Assembly (NCBI GenBank): GCA_945861735.1
Contig: CAMAVL010000001.1
Coordinates: 1 to 37,743, forward strand
Reading direction: 5' to 3'
DNA from: Chlamydia trachomatis
Lineage (GTDB): Bacteria; Chlamydiota; Chlamydiia; Chlamydiales; Rhabdochlamydiaceae
Length of the DNA: 37,743 nucleotides
Part shown: piece after piece, positions 24,503-37,396 of the stretch
How the letters are laid out: each line of letters starts with the position of its first letter
Position numbering within the stretch: the first letter of the stretch is position 1
Made by a program: the position numbers and the translations under genes
Notes under the pieces: model-generated
The model's input: the letters and a program-made list of their open reading frames with translations, nothing else
What the model was told of the DNA's origin: nothing
Database searches by the model: none

Positions 24503-25687
24503 ATGGCAAAAGAAGCATTTCAGAGAACCAAACCACACGTCAACATCGGAACCATTGGTCACGTCGACCATGGTAAAACATCCTTAACAGCTGCAATTAC
24601 TAAAGTTTTGGCAGGAAAAGGGAAATCAAAATTTCGCGATTATGCGTCTATCGATAATACGCCTGAAGAAAAAGCGCGCGGAATCACGATTAACTCAACT
24701 CACGTTGAGTATGAAACAGATAAGCGTCACTACGCTCACGTGGACTGCCCAGGTCACGCTGACTATGTTAAAAACATGATTACAGGCGCCGCTCAGATGG
24801 ACGGAGCAATTCTCGTTGTTGCTGCCACAGATGGTGCGATGCCTCAAACAAAAGAACACATTCTTTTGGCTCGTCAAGTTGGAGTCCCTTCAATCGTTGT
24901 CTTTTTGAACAAAATGGACATGATTGGCAAGGGTGACGAAGAGCTTGTTGAACTTGTTGAAATGGAATTAGTCGAGCTTCTCGAAGCAAAAGGCTATAAA
25001 GATGTTCCTATCATTCGCGGTTCTGCTCTAAAGGCTTTGGAAGGTAACGCTGAGTATATTAAGGCAATTGAGGCGTTGATGGATGTTGTCGATGAGAAGA
25101 TCCCGACACCTATTCGCGAAACAGATAAGCCTTTCTTGATGCCAGTTGAAGACGTTTTCTCTATTTCAGGTCGCGGTACCGTTGCTACGGGTCGTGTTGA
25201 AAGAGGGATCGTTAAAACGAACGATAAGCTTCAGTTGGTAGGTATTCGCAATACGCGCGATACAGTAGCTACTGGCTTGGAGATGTTTAATAAAATTCTC
25301 GATGAGGCACGTGCCGGTGAGAACGTTGGAATTCTTTTGCGTGGTGTTGAGAAAAACGACATCGAGCGCGGAATGGTTCTTGCAGCTCCTGGAACATGTA
25401 AGCCACATACGAAATTTAAAGGGACTATCTACGTTTTGAATAAAGACGAAGGTGGCCGACATAAGCCGTTCTTTACAGGATACCGTCCTCAGTTCTATTT
25501 CCGTACAACGGATGTGACAGGGACAGTAACGCTTCCAGAAGGGACTGAGATGGTGATGCCGGGAGATAACATTGAGTTAACTGCTGAGCTGATCCACCCG
25601 ATTGCGATGGAAGAAGGGAATCGTTTTGCGATCCGTGAAGGTGGCCGAACAATTGGCGCCGGAACTGTAAGTAAGATTATTCTATAA
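24503..25687 (+). CDS. tuf: Elongation factor Tu
   Basis: [13 protein letters not shown] and NKMD GTPase motifs; full-length 394 aa; GGAGG SD upstream. Confidence 0.99.
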   Translation: MAKEAFQRTKPHVNIGTIGHVDHGKTSLTAAITKVLAGKGKSKFRDYASIDNTPEEKARGITINSTHVEYETDKRHYAHVDCPGHADYVKNMITGAAQMDGAILVVAATDGAMPQTKEHILLARQVGVPSIVVFLNKMDMIGKGDEELVELVEMELVELLEAKGYKDVPIIRGSALKALEGNAEYIKAIEALMDVVDEKIPTPIRETDKPFLMPVEDVFSISGRGTVATGRVERGIVKTNDKLQLVGIRNTRDTVATGLEMFNKILDEARAGENVGILLRGVEKNDIERGMVLAAPGTCKPHTKFKGTIYVLNKDEGGRHKPFFTGYRPQFYFRTTDVTGTVTLPEGTEMVMPGDNIELTAELIHPIAMEEGNRFAIREGGRTIGAGTVSKIIL

Positions 25688-25734
25688 GATCAAGGCTTGA
25701 GGATCGTAAAATACTGAATTTTACGGTCCCCTGC

Positions 25735-25807
25735 GGGTGTGTAGCTCAGTTGGTAGAGCAGCGATCTCCAAAGTCGCCGGTCGGGGGTTCGAATCCCTCC
25801 GCACTCG
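25735..25807 (+). tRNA. tRNA-Trp (anticodon CCA)
   Basis: GGGTGTG TA GCTC AGTTGGTA GAGC A GCGAT CTCCAAA GTCGC CGGTC GGGGG TTCGAAT CCCTC CGCACTC G. It lies between tuf and secE, as in other chlamydiae. Confidence 0.9.
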
Positions 25808-25846
25808 TTTTTAAGAATTGCAACTGCCTCTAAGGTGTGAAATTTT

Positions 25847-26122
25847 ATGTGTGCTATGGATGCAAAACTCAATCACTCCCGAGCGAATTTAGCTGAAAAT
25901 GCTAAGCAAGCAGCCAAGAAGCGTAAGTTTTTTGGTTATATTCAAGAGCTGAAAGAAGAGCTCAAAAAAGTTAGTTGGACGACAAAAGAAGAGTTGAAGT
26001 TTTCAACTCAGATGGTGGTAGCGACGACATTTTTATTTGGATTAGGTATTTACGTCGTAGACCTCATCATTAAAGGCTTTTTAGATGGTATTGCATTAAT
26101 CGTTCATTTCATTTTTGGTTAA
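25847..26122 (+). CDS. secE: Preprotein translocase subunit SecE
   Basis: Small protein with the conserved ELKKVSWTTKEEL motif and one C-terminal TM helix. It lies upstream of nusG. Confidence 0.9.
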   Translation: MCAMDAKLNHSRANLAENAKQAAKKRKFFGYIQELKEELKKVSWTTKEELKFSTQMVVATTFLFGLGIYVVDLIIKGFLDGIALIVHFIFG

Positions 26123-26138
26123 AAAATTTTAGGTTGTC

Positions 26139-26687
26139 ATGCACAAGTGGTACGTCATTCAAGTAATGTCCGGGCAAGAGAAGAGAGTCAAAAAAACGAT
26201 TGAAGAGAATCGTGAAGCCAAGGGAATGGCAGAACTCGTCGATGATGTTCTCGTTCCGACTGAAAATGTAGCCGAAGTGAAAAAAGGTCAACAGAAGATC
26301 AGCGAAAAGAAGCTGTGGCCGGGGTATATTCTTGTTAAAATGAATCTCACGGATGATTCCTGGATGTATGTTCGCAATACGAACCATGTTTTGGGTTTCT
26401 TGGGCGGTGAAAAACCAGAGCCTTTGGCACAGGGTGAAGTCGATGTTCTCTTAAAAGATCTCGAAGAGAAGAAAAAAGGTGTCGTCCAGAAGCATAATAT
26501 TACCCCTGGCGAAAAAGTTAAAATTATAGATGGTGTTTTCATTAACTTCATTGGAACTGTGATCGAAGTCTTTCATGATAAAGGTCGCTTGAGTGTAATG
26601 GTTTCCATCTTTGGACGTGAAACACGTGTGGATGACTTAGAGTTTTGGCAAGTTGAACTTGTTCCTGCTGAAACTGAAGTCGTTTAA
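26139..26687 (+). CDS. nusG: Transcription termination/antitermination factor NusG
   Basis: The NGN start is KWYVIQVMSGQEKRV. The KOW region is GEKVKIIDGVFINFIGTVIEV. Confidence 0.97.
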   Translation: MHKWYVIQVMSGQEKRVKKTIEENREAKGMAELVDDVLVPTENVAEVKKGQQKISEKKLWPGYILVKMNLTDDSWMYVRNTNHVLGFLGGEKPEPLAQGEVDVLLKDLEEKKKGVVQKHNITPGEKVKIIDGVFINFIGTVIEVFHDKGRLSVMVSIFGRETRVDDLEFWQVELVPAETEVV

Positions 26688-26719
26688 TTTAAGATAATTA
26701 TTTAAGAGGATAGTCGATA

Positions 26720-27148
26720 ATGGCAAAGAAGCTCATAAAAACAATTAAACTTCAAATCCCTGCTGGTAAAGCGAATCCAGCTCCTCCAATCGGACCTGCA
26801 TTGGGCGGCGCCGGGATTAACATCATGGCATTTTGTAAGGAATTTAACGCAAAAACGCAAGAAAGAGCTGGAGATATTCTTCCAGTGGTTATTTCTGTTT
26901 TTGCAGACAAAACGTTTACCTTTATTACAAAACAGCCTCCCGTATCACGGATGATTTTGAAGGAAGCAGGAATCGAGTCAGGATCAAAAATACCTAACCG
27001 AGACAAGGTGGGTAAGTTAACGCATACCCAAGTTAAGAAAATTGTAAAAAACAAGATAAGCGATATGCGTATAAACTCAGAAGAAGCTGGTATGCGTCTC
27101 GTTATGGGAACAGCCCGCTCTATGGGTGTGGATATTATTGAAGGGTAA
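26720..27148 (+). CDS. rplK: 50S ribosomal protein L11
   Basis: [21 protein letters not shown] is the canonical L11 N-terminus. Confidence 0.98.
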   Translation: MAKKLIKTIKLQIPAGKANPAPPIGPALGGAGINIMAFCKEFNAKTQERAGDILPVVISVFADKTFTFITKQPPVSRMILKEAGIESGSKIPNRDKVGKLTHTQVKKIVKNKISDMRINSEEAGMRLVMGTARSMGVDIIEG

Positions 27149-27165
27149 ACAAAAGGGAAGTCAGA

Positions 27166-27870
27166 ATGCATCGTAGCAAAAGATTTCGGGAGATAGATAA
27201 GTCTGTTGACGCTCTTAAGAGCTATTCATTGGATGAAGCTATCGAAATTTTAAAAAAATGCCCACCATTGAAATTTGATCAATCGGTGGAACTGTCGCTT
27301 AAAACAGGCGTCGATGCCCAAAAATCTGATCAGCAAATTCGCGGAACTGTATCACTACCGAATGGTACAGGTAAGCGGATGGTCCTCGTCGTGTTTGCAA
27401 AGGGTGATAAAATCAAGGAAGCCCTCGACGCTGGAGCTGATTATGCTGGGAATGAAGAATTATTTGAGAAAGTTAAAAATGGCTGGACCGATTTCAACGG
27501 TGTCATATCAACACCTGATATGATGAGAGAGGTTGGAAAACTTGGAAAAGTGTTGGGTCCTCGAGGTCTAATGCCAACTCCTAAGACGGGAACTGTAACG
27601 AACGATATTGCGAAAGCGATTGCTGAAGTCAAAGCGGGAAAGATTGAATTTAAAGTCGACAAGCATGGAGTGATTAACTCCCTTGTTGGAAAAATGTCTT
27701 TTTCGAAAGAGAAGCTCGTTGAAAATATCGTTACTTTATTAATGGCTATTAATCGAGCAAAGCCTGCGACTGCAAAAGGGGTTTATTTGAGATCTCTAGC
27801 TCTTTCATCGACAATGGGCCCTGGTCTAAAGATAGACCTGAACCGCATTAATGAAATACAGGGAGTTTAA
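27166..27870 (+). CDS. rplA: 50S ribosomal protein L1
   Basis: [14 protein letters not shown]...[13 protein letters not shown] is the canonical L1 signature. Confidence 0.98.
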   Translation: MHRSKRFREIDKSVDALKSYSLDEAIEILKKCPPLKFDQSVELSLKTGVDAQKSDQQIRGTVSLPNGTGKRMVLVVFAKGDKIKEALDAGADYAGNEELFEKVKNGWTDFNGVISTPDMMREVGKLGKVLGPRGLMPTPKTGTVTNDIAKAIAEVKAGKIEFKVDKHGVINSLVGKMSFSKEKLVENIVTLLMAINRAKPATAKGVYLRSLALSSTMGPGLKIDLNRINEIQGV

Positions 27871-27878
27871 AGAGTACC

Positions 27879-28397
27879 ATGAGACCTGAAAAACAACTCC
27901 TTTTAGATGAAATTAAAGATAAGATTGCAGGTTCAAAAGCTGTGATTCTAACGAGTTATAAAAAGTTAGAGCCCAATAAAACTTCAGCTTTTCGAATCGA
28001 TCTTGCTAAGACAGGTGGTTTGTTAGAAGTTGTGCGCAAAAGAGTTCTGATTAAAGCAGCTCAAGTGGCTGGTATTAATTTAGAGATCAAAGAGCTCAAC
28101 GGTCACATAGCCATTGTTCTTGCAGATCAAGATCCTATTCAGACGACAAAAGTGATTTATCAGTTTTGTCAAGCGAATGAAGGAATAATGGAAGTGCTTG
28201 GTGGTCGGTTTGAAGGTTCTATTTGCTCTGCAAAAGACTTTGAACAGATTTCCAAACTGCCAAGTAAGGATGAGATGCGCAGCCAGTTCTTAGGTACATT
28301 AGAGGCTCCGCTTTCCCAAACTTTAGCTGTTATCGAAGCTTTGTTAACAAGTGTGATCTATTGTTTAGAAAACAAAGATCAACAAAGCGACTCTTAA
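27879..28397 (+). CDS. rplJ: 50S ribosomal protein L10
   Basis: Position between rplA and rplL, size of 172 aa, and an L10-like N-terminal region. Confidence 0.93.
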   Translation: MRPEKQLLLDEIKDKIAGSKAVILTSYKKLEPNKTSAFRIDLAKTGGLLEVVRKRVLIKAAQVAGINLEIKELNGHIAIVLADQDPIQTTKVIYQFCQANEGIMEVLGGRFEGSICSAKDFEQISKLPSKDEMRSQFLGTLEAPLSQTLAVIEALLTSVIYCLENKDQQSDS

Positions 28398-28470
28398 ATT
28401 TTTTTTTAAACAAGGAGAATTTTGCAAATTTTTTGCAACTTTCTCGTAATTCAAGCAATGAGGTTATATT

Positions 28471-28866
28471 GTGACTACCCAACATCAAGATATTGAGAAA
28501 CTAGTTGATACATTAAGCCAGTTGAGTGTTCTCGACATGGCGAAATTAAAAACAGCTTTAGAAGATAAGTGGGGCGTAAAAGCTGCTGCTGCTGCTGCTC
28601 CAATGATGATGGCTGCAGCCGCTCCTGCTGCTGCTGCTGTTGAGTCTACTGAATTTAAAATCACTTTAGAAGTATCCCCTGATGATAAAAAAATCAGTGT
28701 GATTAAAGCTGTACGTGAAATTTCAGGACTTGGACTTAAAGAAGCGAAAGACATCGTGGATAGCGCTCCAAAAGTTCTAAAAGAAACAGCTAATAAAGCA
28801 GAAACTGATGAGATTGTTAAAAAGATCACAGCTGCTGGTGGTAAATTGACTTTAAAAGGTCTCTAA
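28471..28866 (+). CDS. rplL: 50S ribosomal protein L7/L12 (GTG start)
   Basis: Ala-rich hinge, then C-terminal [25 protein letters not shown]...[13 protein letters not shown] lies upstream of the GTG. Confidence 0.97.
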   Translation: MTTQHQDIEKLVDTLSQLSVLDMAKLKTALEDKWGVKAAAAAAPMMMAAAAPAAAAVESTEFKITLEVSPDDKKISVIKAVREISGLGLKEAKDIVDSAPKVLKETANKAETDEIVKKITAAGGKLTLKGL

Positions 28867-28890
28867 GAGATCAAAGTCCTTTTTTTAATA

Positions 28891-28925
28891 AGCAGAAGCC
28901 ATGAAATATTGACTTCTGCTTTTTG
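28891..28925 (+). terminator. Hairpin plus T-run between rplL and rpoB (possible attenuator or partial terminator)
   Basis: agcagaag (28891-28898) pairs with cttctgct (28913-28920) and is followed by ttttt. The 14-nt loop is large. Confidence 0.4.
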
Positions 28926-29019
28926 ATTTGCAAATTATTTTGCTTAAAGTCGAGTTAAAAACAGTCTTATTCTGTTTGTGTACGTTTATTTATCAAAGAT
29001 AAAGTTTAGGAGCCGCTCA

Positions 29020-32000
29020 ATGCTAAAAAGGCCGCCTCAACGGGTGAGTTTTAGAGATAGAGAAGAAATTATCGATCTGCCTAACCTTATTGAAATTCAG
29101 ATCAAGTCTTATAACCAATTTCTTCAATTAGATAAATTGGCTCATGAGAGAGAAAATGTTGGATTGCAAGAGGTTTTTACCGAGATATTTCCGATCAAAT
29201 CCTATGATGAAAAGACTATTCTCGAATTCATATCTTACAATTTAGGAATACCGAAATACACACCAGAAGAATGCATTCGACGTGGAATCACTTATAATGT
29301 CACTTTGAAAGTGAAGTTTCGTCTGACAGATGAAACAGGAATCAAAGAAGAAGAAGTGTATATGGGTACCCTTCCCGTAATGACAGAAAAAGGGACGTTC
29401 ATTATCAATGGAGCAGAACGCGTCATCGTTTCTCAACTACATAGATCTCCTGGTATTGCTTTTGAGCATGAACGCCATTATAAAGGGAATGTCATTTATT
29501 CCTTCCGCATCATTCCTTATAGAGGAAGTTGGTTAGAAGGGGCATTTGATACAAGTGACCTTATCTATATTTATATCGATCGAAAAAAACGACGTCGAAA
29601 AATTCTTGCAACGGCCTTTATTAGAACACTTGGATATTCTACAGATTCTGATATTATCGAAGAATTTTTCAGCACGATCAAAGTTAAAATTAAATCCGAT
29701 AAAGACTTTCCTAAACTCGTAGGAAAAATCTTAGCAGAAGATGTTCTTGATGAGCAAACAGGAGTTCTTTTTGGGAAGACTTCAGAAAAGCTCACAACAG
29801 CGATGTTGAAAAGAATGCTCGATGCGGGAATTTCAGTTGTTCGTATTGCTGAAGATGCTGATGAGTCGAGCCCGATCATCAAAATGTTAGCAAAGGATCC
29901 AACGGATTCTTACGAATCTGCTTTGAAAGATTTTTATCGCAAAATCAGACCCGGTGAGCCGGCAACGCTTTCCAATGCTAGATCTGCGATCATGCGTTTA
30001 TTCTTTGATCCGAAACGATACAATTTAGGTCGTGTAGGACGCTATAAACTCAATCGCAAGCTTGGCCTTGAGACCTCAGATGAAGAGCTTGAGACAGTGA
30101 CATTGAAAAAAGAAGATGTCGTCGGCGCTTTGAAATATCTGATCCGTTTGAAGAAAGGGGATGAGAACGCAAGTATTGATGATATCGACCATTTAGGCAA
30201 TCGACGTGTGCGCTCTGTTGGAGAATTGATTCAAAATCAATGCAGAATTGGTTTGGCTCGTATGGAAAAAATCATTAAAGAAAGAATGAATCTTTTTGAC
30301 TTCACATCCGATACATTAACGCCTGGGAAGATTGTTTCAGCAAAAGGATTAGCTGGTGTTCTTAAAGATTTCTTTGGAAGATCTCAGTTATCTCAGTTCA
30401 TGGATCAAACGAATCCTGTGGCAGAATTGACCCACAAACGTCGTCTTTCCTCGCTAGGGCCAGGTGGCTTAAATCGAGATCGAGCCGGCTTTGAAGTGCG
30501 CGACGTTCATCCAAGTCACTATGGAAGAATTTGTCCAATTGAAACGCCTGAAGGTCCAAACATTGGATTGATCACATCGCTTGCATCTTTTGCAAAGATC
30601 AACGAATTTGGGTTCATCGAAACTCCTTATCGTATGGTCCGTCAAGGGATTGTTACAGATGAGATCGAGTACATGACAGCGGATCAAGAAGAAAACTGCG
30701 TGATTGCTCAGGCTTCTGCGACCCTAGATGAACACAACATGTTTACAGAGCCTTTATGCTGGGCGAGATATCGTGGAGAATCGCTTAAGATTGAAACGAC
30801 AAAAGCGACGCATATGGACGTTTCTTCGAAACAGCTCGTTTCGATTGTAACGGGATTGATTCCGTTCTTAGAGCATGATGATGCGAACCGCGCTTTGATG
30901 GGTTCGAACATGCAACGTCAAGGTGTGCCTCTTTTAAGAGCTCAGGCGCCAATTGTTGGTACTGGCTTAGAGCTCAGAGCTGCACGCGATTCTGGAGCTG
31001 TTGTCGTCGCTGAAGAGAATGGTGTTGTTGAGTATGTTGATGGATTCAAGATAGTGATCGCGTCTAAGGCGAACCTTCTAAATAAGAAGACCTATCAGTT
31101 GAAGAAGTTTATGCGCTCGAACGCAGGTTCCTGTATCAATCAAACGCCTCTATGTAATGTTGGGGACGAGATTTTAGCAGGCGATGTCATTGCTGACGGT
31201 CCTGCTACAGATAAAGGGGAAATCGCATTGGGTAAAAATGCACTTGCTGCATTTATGCCTTGGTGTGGATATAATTACGAGGATGCGATCATCATCTCAG
31301 AAAAGTTATTGAAAGATGATTATTACACCTCTATTTATCTAGAAGAATTTGAATTAACCGCCCGAGATACCAAGCTTGGAAAAGAAGAGATCACACGAGA
31401 TATTCCAAATGTCTCCGAAGAGGCTCTTGCCAACTTAGGGGAAGATGGAATTATTCGGATTGGTGCAGAAGTCAAAGCTGGCGACATATTGGTTGGAAAA
31501 ATCACACCGAAATCAGAGACAGAGTTAGCTCCAGAAGAGAGACTGCTCCGTGCGATTTTTGGTGAAAAAGCAGCTGATGTTAAAGATGCTTCTCTCACAG
31601 TGCCTCCAGGTACTGAAGGGATCGTCATGGATGTGAAAGTCTTTTCTCGTAGAGACCGCTTATCCAAGACAGATGATGAACTTGTCGAGGAAGCGAGCCG
31701 CATTAAAGACATTCATGGTGACTTTAAAACGAAAGAAGCCGAGCTTGTAATCGAGTTTCATGAGAACTTGGGAGCTCTTTTAATGGGAGAACCCGCTCCT
31801 GGATCGATTATGCATCGAAAAACAGGCGATCTCATCATCAAAGAAGGGGAGATGATCAATCAGGATATGATTGAATCCCTCGAAGGTGAAAAACCTGAAG
31901 ATTTGATTATGAGCGATCATGAGATCTTTAAGAACTTAAAAGAGTCAATGCTCCAATTTGATTTGGCTATGCAAACTCTGCAAACACAGCATAAGACAGA

Positions 32001-32784
32001 AATCGAATTCACTCGTAAAGGGGATGTTGAACTCGACCCTGGCGTCATTAGACAAGTTAAGGTGTATATCGCTTCTAAGCGTAAGCTTCAAGTAGGGGAT
32101 AAAATGGCGGGACGCCACGGTAACAAAGGGGTCGTCTCTAAAATTGTTCCAGAACAAGATATGCCTTACTTGAATAACGGAGAAACAGTTGAGATCATCT
32201 TAAATCCTCTTGGCGTACCCTCTCGTATGAACATGGGACAATTATTGGAAACTCACCTTGGGTATGCTGCGAAAAAAGCAGGCATCTATGTGAAGAGTCC
32301 AGTCTTTGAAGGATTCCCAGAATCCCGTATTTGGGAGATGATGCGTGAGTTAGGATTACCAGAAGATGGTAAAAGCTACCTCTATGATGGACGAACAGGC
32401 GAGCGTTTTGAGAATCGAGTCGTTGTCGGTTATATCTATATTCTGAAACTCAGTCACTTAGTTGCAGATAAGATCCATGCCCGATCAATCGGTCCTTATT
32501 CTCTTGTCACGCAGCAACCTCTTGGCGGTAAAGCCCAGATGGGTGGACAGCGCTTTGGAGAGATGGAAGTGTGGGCGCTTGAAGCTTATGGTGCAGCGCA
32601 CCTTCTTCAAGAGATGCTGACTGTGAAGTCAGACGATGTGGCAGGACGAACCCGTATTTATGAGTCCATTGTCAAAGGGGATAATATCTTAACTGCTGGT
32701 ACCCCCGAGTCCTTTAACGTACTCGTGAAGGAAATGCAAGGTCTTTGCTTAGATGTGCGCACAGAATGCGCATCAAAAGAATAA
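29020..32784 (+). CDS. rpoB: DNA-directed RNA polymerase subunit beta
   Basis: 1254 aa with canonical RpoB motifs ([29 protein letters not shown]). Start at ATG 29020 with AGGAG 8 nt upstream; the GTG at 28978 in the track is unlikely. Confidence 0.99.
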   Translation: MLKRPPQRVSFRDREEIIDLPNLIEIQIKSYNQFLQLDKLAHERENVGLQEVFTEIFPIKSYDEKTILEFISYNLGIPKYTPEECIRRGITYNVTLKVKFRLTDETGIKEEEVYMGTLPVMTEKGTFIINGAERVIVSQLHRSPGIAFEHERHYKGNVIYSFRIIPYRGSWLEGAFDTSDLIYIYIDRKKRRRKILATAFIRTLGYSTDSDIIEEFFSTIKVKIKSDKDFPKLVGKILAEDVLDEQTGVLFGKTSEKLTTAMLKRMLDAGISVVRIAEDADESSPIIKMLAKDPTDSYESALKDFYRKIRPGEPATLSNARSAIMRLFFDPKRYNLGRVGRYKLNRKLGLETSDEELETVTLKKEDVVGALKYLIRLKKGDENASIDDIDHLGNRRVRSVGELIQNQCRIGLARMEKIIKERMNLFDFTSDTLTPGKIVSAKGLAGVLKDFFGRSQLSQFMDQTNPVAELTHKRRLSSLGPGGLNRDRAGFEVRDVHPSHYGRICPIETPEGPNIGLITSLASFAKINEFGFIETPYRMVRQGIVTDEIEYMTADQEENCVIAQASATLDEHNMFTEPLCWARYRGESLKIETTKATHMDVSSKQLVSIVTGLIPFLEHDDANRALMGSNMQRQGVPLLRAQAPIVGTGLELRAARDSGAVVVAEENGVVEYVDGFKIVIASKANLLNKKTYQLKKFMRSNAGSCINQTPLCNVGDEILAGDVIADGPATDKGEIALGKNALAAFMPWCGYNYEDAIIISEKLLKDDYYTSIYLEEFELTARDTKLGKEEITRDIPNVSEEALANLGEDGIIRIGAEVKAGDILVGKITPKSETELAPEERLLRAIFGEKAADVKDASLTVPPGTEGIVMDVKVFSRRDRLSKTDDELVEEASRIKDIHGDFKTKEAELVIEFHENLGALLMGEPAPGSIMHRKTGDLIIKEGEMINQDMIESLEGEKPEDLIMSDHEIFKNLKESMLQFDLAMQTLQTQHKTEIEFTRKGDVELDPGVIRQVKVYIASKRKLQVGDKMAGRHGNKGVVSKIVPEQDMPYLNNGETVEIILNPLGVPSRMNMGQLLETHLGYAAKKAGIYVKSPVFEGFPESRIWEMMRELGLPEDGKSYLYDGRTGERFENRVVVGYIYILKLSHLVADKIHARSIGPYSLVTQQPLGGKAQMGGQRFGEMEVWALEAYGAAHLLQEMLTVKSDDVAGRTRIYESIVKGDNILTAGTPESFNVLVKEMQGLCLDVRTECASKE

Positions 32785-32801
32785 TTAAGGGGAGATACTC
32801 A

Positions 32802-35800
32802 ATGTCAGACGAAGAGTTTAAGAATTCCCAATTTGATAAATTAACCATTAAAATTGCGTCCGATGATGTCATCCGCAATGAATGGTCAAGGGGTGAAATT
32901 AAGAAACCAGAAACGATTAACTATCGTACCTTTAAACCTGAGAAAGGGGGTTTGTTTTGTGAGAAAATTTTCGGTCCTACACGGGATTGGGAATGTGCTT
33001 GCGGCAAATACAAGAAGATTAAACATAAAGGAATCGTTTGCGATCGTTGCGGTGTTGAAGTCACTGTATCGAAAGTACGCCGCGAACGGATGGCTCACAT
33101 TGAGTTAGCCGTACCTGTTGTGCATATCTGGTTTTTTAAGACGATGCCTTCCCGCATTGGAAATATTTTAGGAATGACTGCTGCTGATTTGGAACGGGTC
33201 ATTTATTATGAAGAATACGTTGTTATCGATGCTGGTCGTACCACTTTAGAAAGAAAGCAACTTCTTTCCGATGCAGAGTATCGGGAATCTCAAGAGAAAT
33301 GGGGTTCTGATTCTTTTGTTGCGAAAATGGGTGGCGAGGCTGTGCGCGATCTCTTAGAAAAAGAAGATCTCACGATTCTCGTTACGGAGCTTAAAGAGAA
33401 ATTACGTAAGACAAAGTCAATGCAAGCGCGAATGAAACTTGCAAAACGCTTAAAAATCATTGAGAGCTTTACTCTCTCTCCTAACCGTCCCGATTGGATG
33501 GTAATGGCGTGTGTTCCTGTGATTCCTCCTGATTTACGTCCCCTTGTTCCTTTGGACGGAGGAAGATTTGCGACATCGGATTTAAACGATTTGTATAGAC
33601 GCGTAATCAATCGTAACAACCGTTTGAAAACCATTCTAAAACTCAAAACTCCAGACGTCATTGTTCGCAATGAAAAAAGGATGTTGCAAGAAGCGGTTGA
33701 TGCTCTCTTTGATAACGGTCGCCATGGTCATCCAGTAATGGGCGCGGGTAACCGACCTCTTAAAGCATTGTCAGAGATGCTAAAAGGTAAGCAAGGGCGT
33801 TTCCGTCAAAACTTGCTCGGTAAACGGGTTGACTATTCTGGTCGTTCTGTCATTATCGTAGGTCCTGAATTGCGTTTCAATCAGTGTGGTTTGCCAAAAG
33901 AAATGGCGCTAGAGCTGTTTGAGCCATTTATCGTTAAACGTCTAAAAGATTTAGGGTATGTTTATACGATCCGCTCTGCAAAGAAAATGATTCAAAAGCA
34001 AGCTCCTGAAGTATGGGACGTCTTGGATGAGATTATTAAAGGGCATCCCGTTCTTCTCAACCGAGCTCCAACACTTCACCGTTTGGGTATCCAAGCATTT
34101 GAGCCTGTTCTGATTGAAGGTAAAGCGATCCGCATTCACCCACTGGTTTGTACTGCGTTTAACGCGGACTTTGATGGTGACCAAATGGCGGTGCATATCC
34201 CTCTATCCATTGAAGCTCAAATGGAAGCGAAGTTGTTGATGATGGCCCCGGATAATATTTTCTTACCCTCATCAGGAAAGCCAGCTGCTGTCCCATCCCA
34301 GGATATGATTTTGGGATTATACTATCTCATGTTAGATCCTCTCCATCACCCTGAACAACAGGGGAAGAAGATCAAAGTCTTTGGTAGTATGGAAGAAGTT
34401 CTCATGGCAATGACTGCTGCAGGAAGCTTCAACTGGGAAGAAAAACAAGTCGAAGGCGCTCGTCGCGACGATCTGGGCAAAGGAATCAGGCTCCACGAAA
34501 AGATTAAGTTAAAACTCGAAGGTGGAATCATTGAGACCACACCTGGAAGAGTTTTATTTAATACGATTGTTCCAAAAGAACTCGGTTTTCAGAACTACAC
34601 TTTGCGTAAGAAGAAGATGAGTGAATTGGTTCTCGAGACCTATAAAAAAGTTGGTTTGGAAGCAACAGTGCGCTTCCTTGACAACTTGAAAAATCTCGGG
34701 TTCTCAGAAGCGACAAAAGCGGCTCTTTCAATGGGAGTTTGCGATGTTCGCGTTCCAGCTCAGAAGACAAAAGTAATTGATGCTGCTTACAAGCGCATTG
34801 AAGTTGTTGTGAAGCAATACGAAGATGGTATTATCACAGACGGTGAGCGCCATTCTAAAATTATTAGTATTTGGACAGAAGTCACAGATATGCTCTCTGA
34901 AGAGTTATTTAAACTCATCAGTGAAGTTAAAAAAGATGAGCTTAACCCTCTGTATCTGATGATGGACTCCGGTGCGCGTGGTAACAAATCACAAATTAAA
35001 CAGTTGGGCGCATTGCGCGGCTTGATGGCAAAACCATCAGGAGAAATTATTGAGTTTCCAATTACTGCTAACTTCCGTGAAGGATTGACAGTTCTTGAGT
35101 ACTTTATTTCTTCTCACGGAGCGCGTAAAGGTTTGGCGGATACCGCGTTAAAAACGGCCGACTCAGGCTATTTAACACGCCGTCTTGTCGACGTTTCCCA
35201 AGATGTGATTATCACAGAAGAAGATTGCGGAACCTTAAATGGAATTGAAGTTTCAGCAATTAAACAAGGTCAAGAAGAGTTGCTTCCGATCAAAGACCGC
35301 GTTTTTGGTCGTACAAATTGTGATGATATTTTCCAACCGGGCGATAGCACGAAAGTTCTTGCTCGAGCAGGGGATCTCATGACAGTGCGTCAAGCAGAGG
35401 CAATTGATGATGCGGGAATTGAAACTGTCCGGATCCGTTCAACGCTTACTTGTGAAACGCGCCGCGGAGTCTGTGCAAAATGTTACGGAATTAACCTCGC
35501 TAACGGAATTCAGGTTGCAACCGGAGAAGCTGTCGGAATTATTGCTGCACAGTCGATCGGGGAACCGGGAACTCAGCTCACGATGCGTACATTCCATACG
35601 GGTGGTATTGCATCTGCCAGCGTTAGCCCAGAGCTCGTTTCTGAACAGAATGATGGAATTTTGGTCTTTATGGACCTCCGCACTGTACAGAATGAAGAAG
35701 GCGTCTGGTTGATTTTGAATAAAAACGGATCTCTCCACATCGTCCGCGATGAGGGAAGAACGTTAGAAGAGTATAAGAAACTCTTAAGTACAAAATCGAT

Positions 35801-36962
35801 TGAGCCTTTACAGACGTTTACGGCGGAATTAGGAACACGGATTTTCTTAAAAGACGGAACCAAAGTCGCTAAGGGCACAAAGATTGGACACTGGGAACAG
35901 CACAACGTCCCGATTATTTGCGAGCGTCCAGGGTATGTCAAATACGAGGATCTCGTCGAAGGAATTTCGACGCAGCGCGATGTGAATAGACAGACAGGAC
36001 AGGCTGAGTTAATCGTGAAACAGCACCGTGGCGAATTGCATCCGCAAATCGTTATCTATGCTGATAGCGATTATAGTGAACTTGTGGGAACTTATGCGAT
36101 CCCATCAGGTGCTCACATCTCTGTTCAAGAAGGACAGCACATTTCTGCAGGTATGTTGTTAGCGCGTTTACCACGTGGTGCGATCAAAACCAAGGATATC
36201 GTGGGTGGTCTTCCTCGTGTAGCGGAACTTGTGGAAGCTAGACGACCAAAAGATGCGGCAGAAATTGCCAAAATCGATGGGATTGTCGACTTCCGCGGCG
36301 TTCAGAAAAACAAGCGCATCGTCGTTGTTCGCGATGAAGAGTCGGGCATGGAAGAGGAACATCTCATTCCATTGACCAAGCACTTGATCGTTCAGCGGGG
36401 AGATCTCGTTGTCAAAGGACAACAGATCACCGATGGACTTGTCGTTCCTCAAGAGATTTTGGAAGTTTGCGGCGTGCGTGAACTGCAAAAATATCTCGTG
36501 AACCAAGTTCAAGAGGTTTACCGCTTGCAGGGGGTTGATATTAACGATAAGCACCTTGAGATCGTCGTGCGTCAGATGTTACAGAAAGTGCGTATAACAG
36601 ACCCAGGTGATACGACATTTCTCTATGGTGAAGATATCGATAAGAAAAACTTCCACAACGTCAATCGCAAAACGATTGAAGAAGGCGGCAGACCTGCACA
36701 AGCAGCACCTGTTCTACTTGGAATCACAAAAGCCTCATTGGGTACGGAATCGTTCGTTTCTGCGGCGTCCTTCCAAGAGACTACACGTGTTCTAACAGAT
36801 GCAGCCTGTGAAGGGAAAACAGACTACCTCCTCGATTTCAAGTCAAACTTGATCATGGGACATATGATCCCTGGAGGAACTGGTTTCGAAGCCTATCGCA
36901 ATCGCGTCTTGAAAGTCGTTGATCGGGAAAATCAAGACCTCGAACTCTGTTTCGCTGACTAA
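32802..36962 (+). CDS. rpoC: DNA-directed RNA polymerase subunit beta'
   Basis: 1386 aa with a zinc-binding [16 protein letters not shown] motif and the catalytic NADFDGD motif. Start at ATG 32802 with a GGGGAG SD. Confidence 0.99.
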   Translation: MSDEEFKNSQFDKLTIKIASDDVIRNEWSRGEIKKPETINYRTFKPEKGGLFCEKIFGPTRDWECACGKYKKIKHKGIVCDRCGVEVTVSKVRRERMAHIELAVPVVHIWFFKTMPSRIGNILGMTAADLERVIYYEEYVVIDAGRTTLERKQLLSDAEYRESQEKWGSDSFVAKMGGEAVRDLLEKEDLTILVTELKEKLRKTKSMQARMKLAKRLKIIESFTLSPNRPDWMVMACVPVIPPDLRPLVPLDGGRFATSDLNDLYRRVINRNNRLKTILKLKTPDVIVRNEKRMLQEAVDALFDNGRHGHPVMGAGNRPLKALSEMLKGKQGRFRQNLLGKRVDYSGRSVIIVGPELRFNQCGLPKEMALELFEPFIVKRLKDLGYVYTIRSAKKMIQKQAPEVWDVLDEIIKGHPVLLNRAPTLHRLGIQAFEPVLIEGKAIRIHPLVCTAFNADFDGDQMAVHIPLSIEAQMEAKLLMMAPDNIFLPSSGKPAAVPSQDMILGLYYLMLDPLHHPEQQGKKIKVFGSMEEVLMAMTAAGSFNWEEKQVEGARRDDLGKGIRLHEKIKLKLEGGIIETTPGRVLFNTIVPKELGFQNYTLRKKKMSELVLETYKKVGLEATVRFLDNLKNLGFSEATKAALSMGVCDVRVPAQKTKVIDAAYKRIEVVVKQYEDGIITDGERHSKIISIWTEVTDMLSEELFKLISEVKKDELNPLYLMMDSGARGNKSQIKQLGALRGLMAKPSGEIIEFPITANFREGLTVLEYFISSHGARKGLADTALKTADSGYLTRRLVDVSQDVIITEEDCGTLNGIEVSAIKQGQEELLPIKDRVFGRTNCDDIFQPGDSTKVLARAGDLMTVRQAEAIDDAGIETVRIRSTLTCETRRGVCAKCYGINLANGIQVATGEAVGIIAAQSIGEPGTQLTMRTFHTGGIASASVSPELVSEQNDGILVFMDLRTVQNEEGVWLILNKNGSLHIVRDEGRTLEEYKKLLSTKSIEPLQTFTAELGTRIFLKDGTKVAKGTKIGHWEQHNVPIICERPGYVKYEDLVEGISTQRDVNRQTGQAELIVKQHRGELHPQIVIYADSDYSELVGTYAIPSGAHISVQEGQHISAGMLLARLPRGAIKTKDIVGGLPRVAELVEARRPKDAAEIAKIDGIVDFRGVQKNKRIVVVRDEESGMEEEHLIPLTKHLIVQRGDLVVKGQQITDGLVVPQEILEVCGVRELQKYLVNQVQEVYRLQGVDINDKHLEIVVRQMLQKVRITDPGDTTFLYGEDIDKKNFHNVNRKTIEEGGRPAQAAPVLLGITKASLGTESFVSAASFQETTRVLTDAACEGKTDYLLDFKSNLIMGHMIPGGTGFEAYRNRVLKVVDRENQDLELCFAD

Positions 36963-36970
36963 TTCTCATA

Positions 36971-37005
36971 AGGCATGGCTCTTTTCAAGAGCCGTGCCTT
37001 TTTTT
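36971..37005 (+). terminator. Rho-independent terminator of the rpoBC operon
   Basis: aggcatggctctt ttc aagagccgtgcct forms a 13-bp stem with one G-U pair, followed by a T7 run. It starts 9 nt after the rpoC stop. Confidence 0.85.
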
Positions 37006-37102
37006 CTAGCCTTTACTAACGCCTCTTTTACGTCCAAAAAATCCCAAGCCTAACATATTGATAATCACAGCTATACCCTTGTAAATGGATGCTTTTATTG
37101 TT

Positions 37103-37120
37103 TTAACCCAACTTCAACGG
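37103..37120 (+). repeat. Truncated third copy (left terminus only) of the 50-bp repeat
   Basis: ttaacccaacttcaacgg. Positions 37105..37120 are identical to 37590..37605, and 37104..37119 are the reverse complement of 172..187. Confidence 0.75.
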
Positions 37121-37396
37121 ACATCCTCCAGTCCTGGAATTTCATAACTCGTTATTAACAAGTCAGTTGCTTTTACTTTTGGTTTTCTTGACAAATCATA
37201 ACCCGTTGATTATCAGCGTTCCATTTCTCTAAACGCGTTTGTAGTGGATGAATTTGCGTTAAATAATTAATTTAAGTTGAGAGAAACGAAGACATAAAGT
37301 ACTCTTCGAGATAAGAGCGGCAAGTCCTATTTTGCCTATCATCTCGTCGAGTCTGTCCGAACTGACAAAGGCCCTCGCCAACGCACTCTTCTTTAC

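Noticed and set aside
26752-27171. Long antisense ORFs inside rplK, rplL (28485..28829), tuf, rpoB and rpoC
   Set aside because: They lie opposite highly conserved genes and are typical shadow ORFs with no independent support.
28398-28470. ttgcaaa-ttt-tttgcaa dyad in the rplJ-rplL spacer, considered as a regulatory hairpin or L10 leader element
   Set aside because: It has only 7-bp AT-rich arms with no flanking conservation I can judge, which is too weak to call.
28576-28640. GCT/GCA-rich simple repeat
   Set aside because: It encodes the normal Ala-rich flexible hinge of ribosomal protein L7/L12 and is not an independent repeat element.
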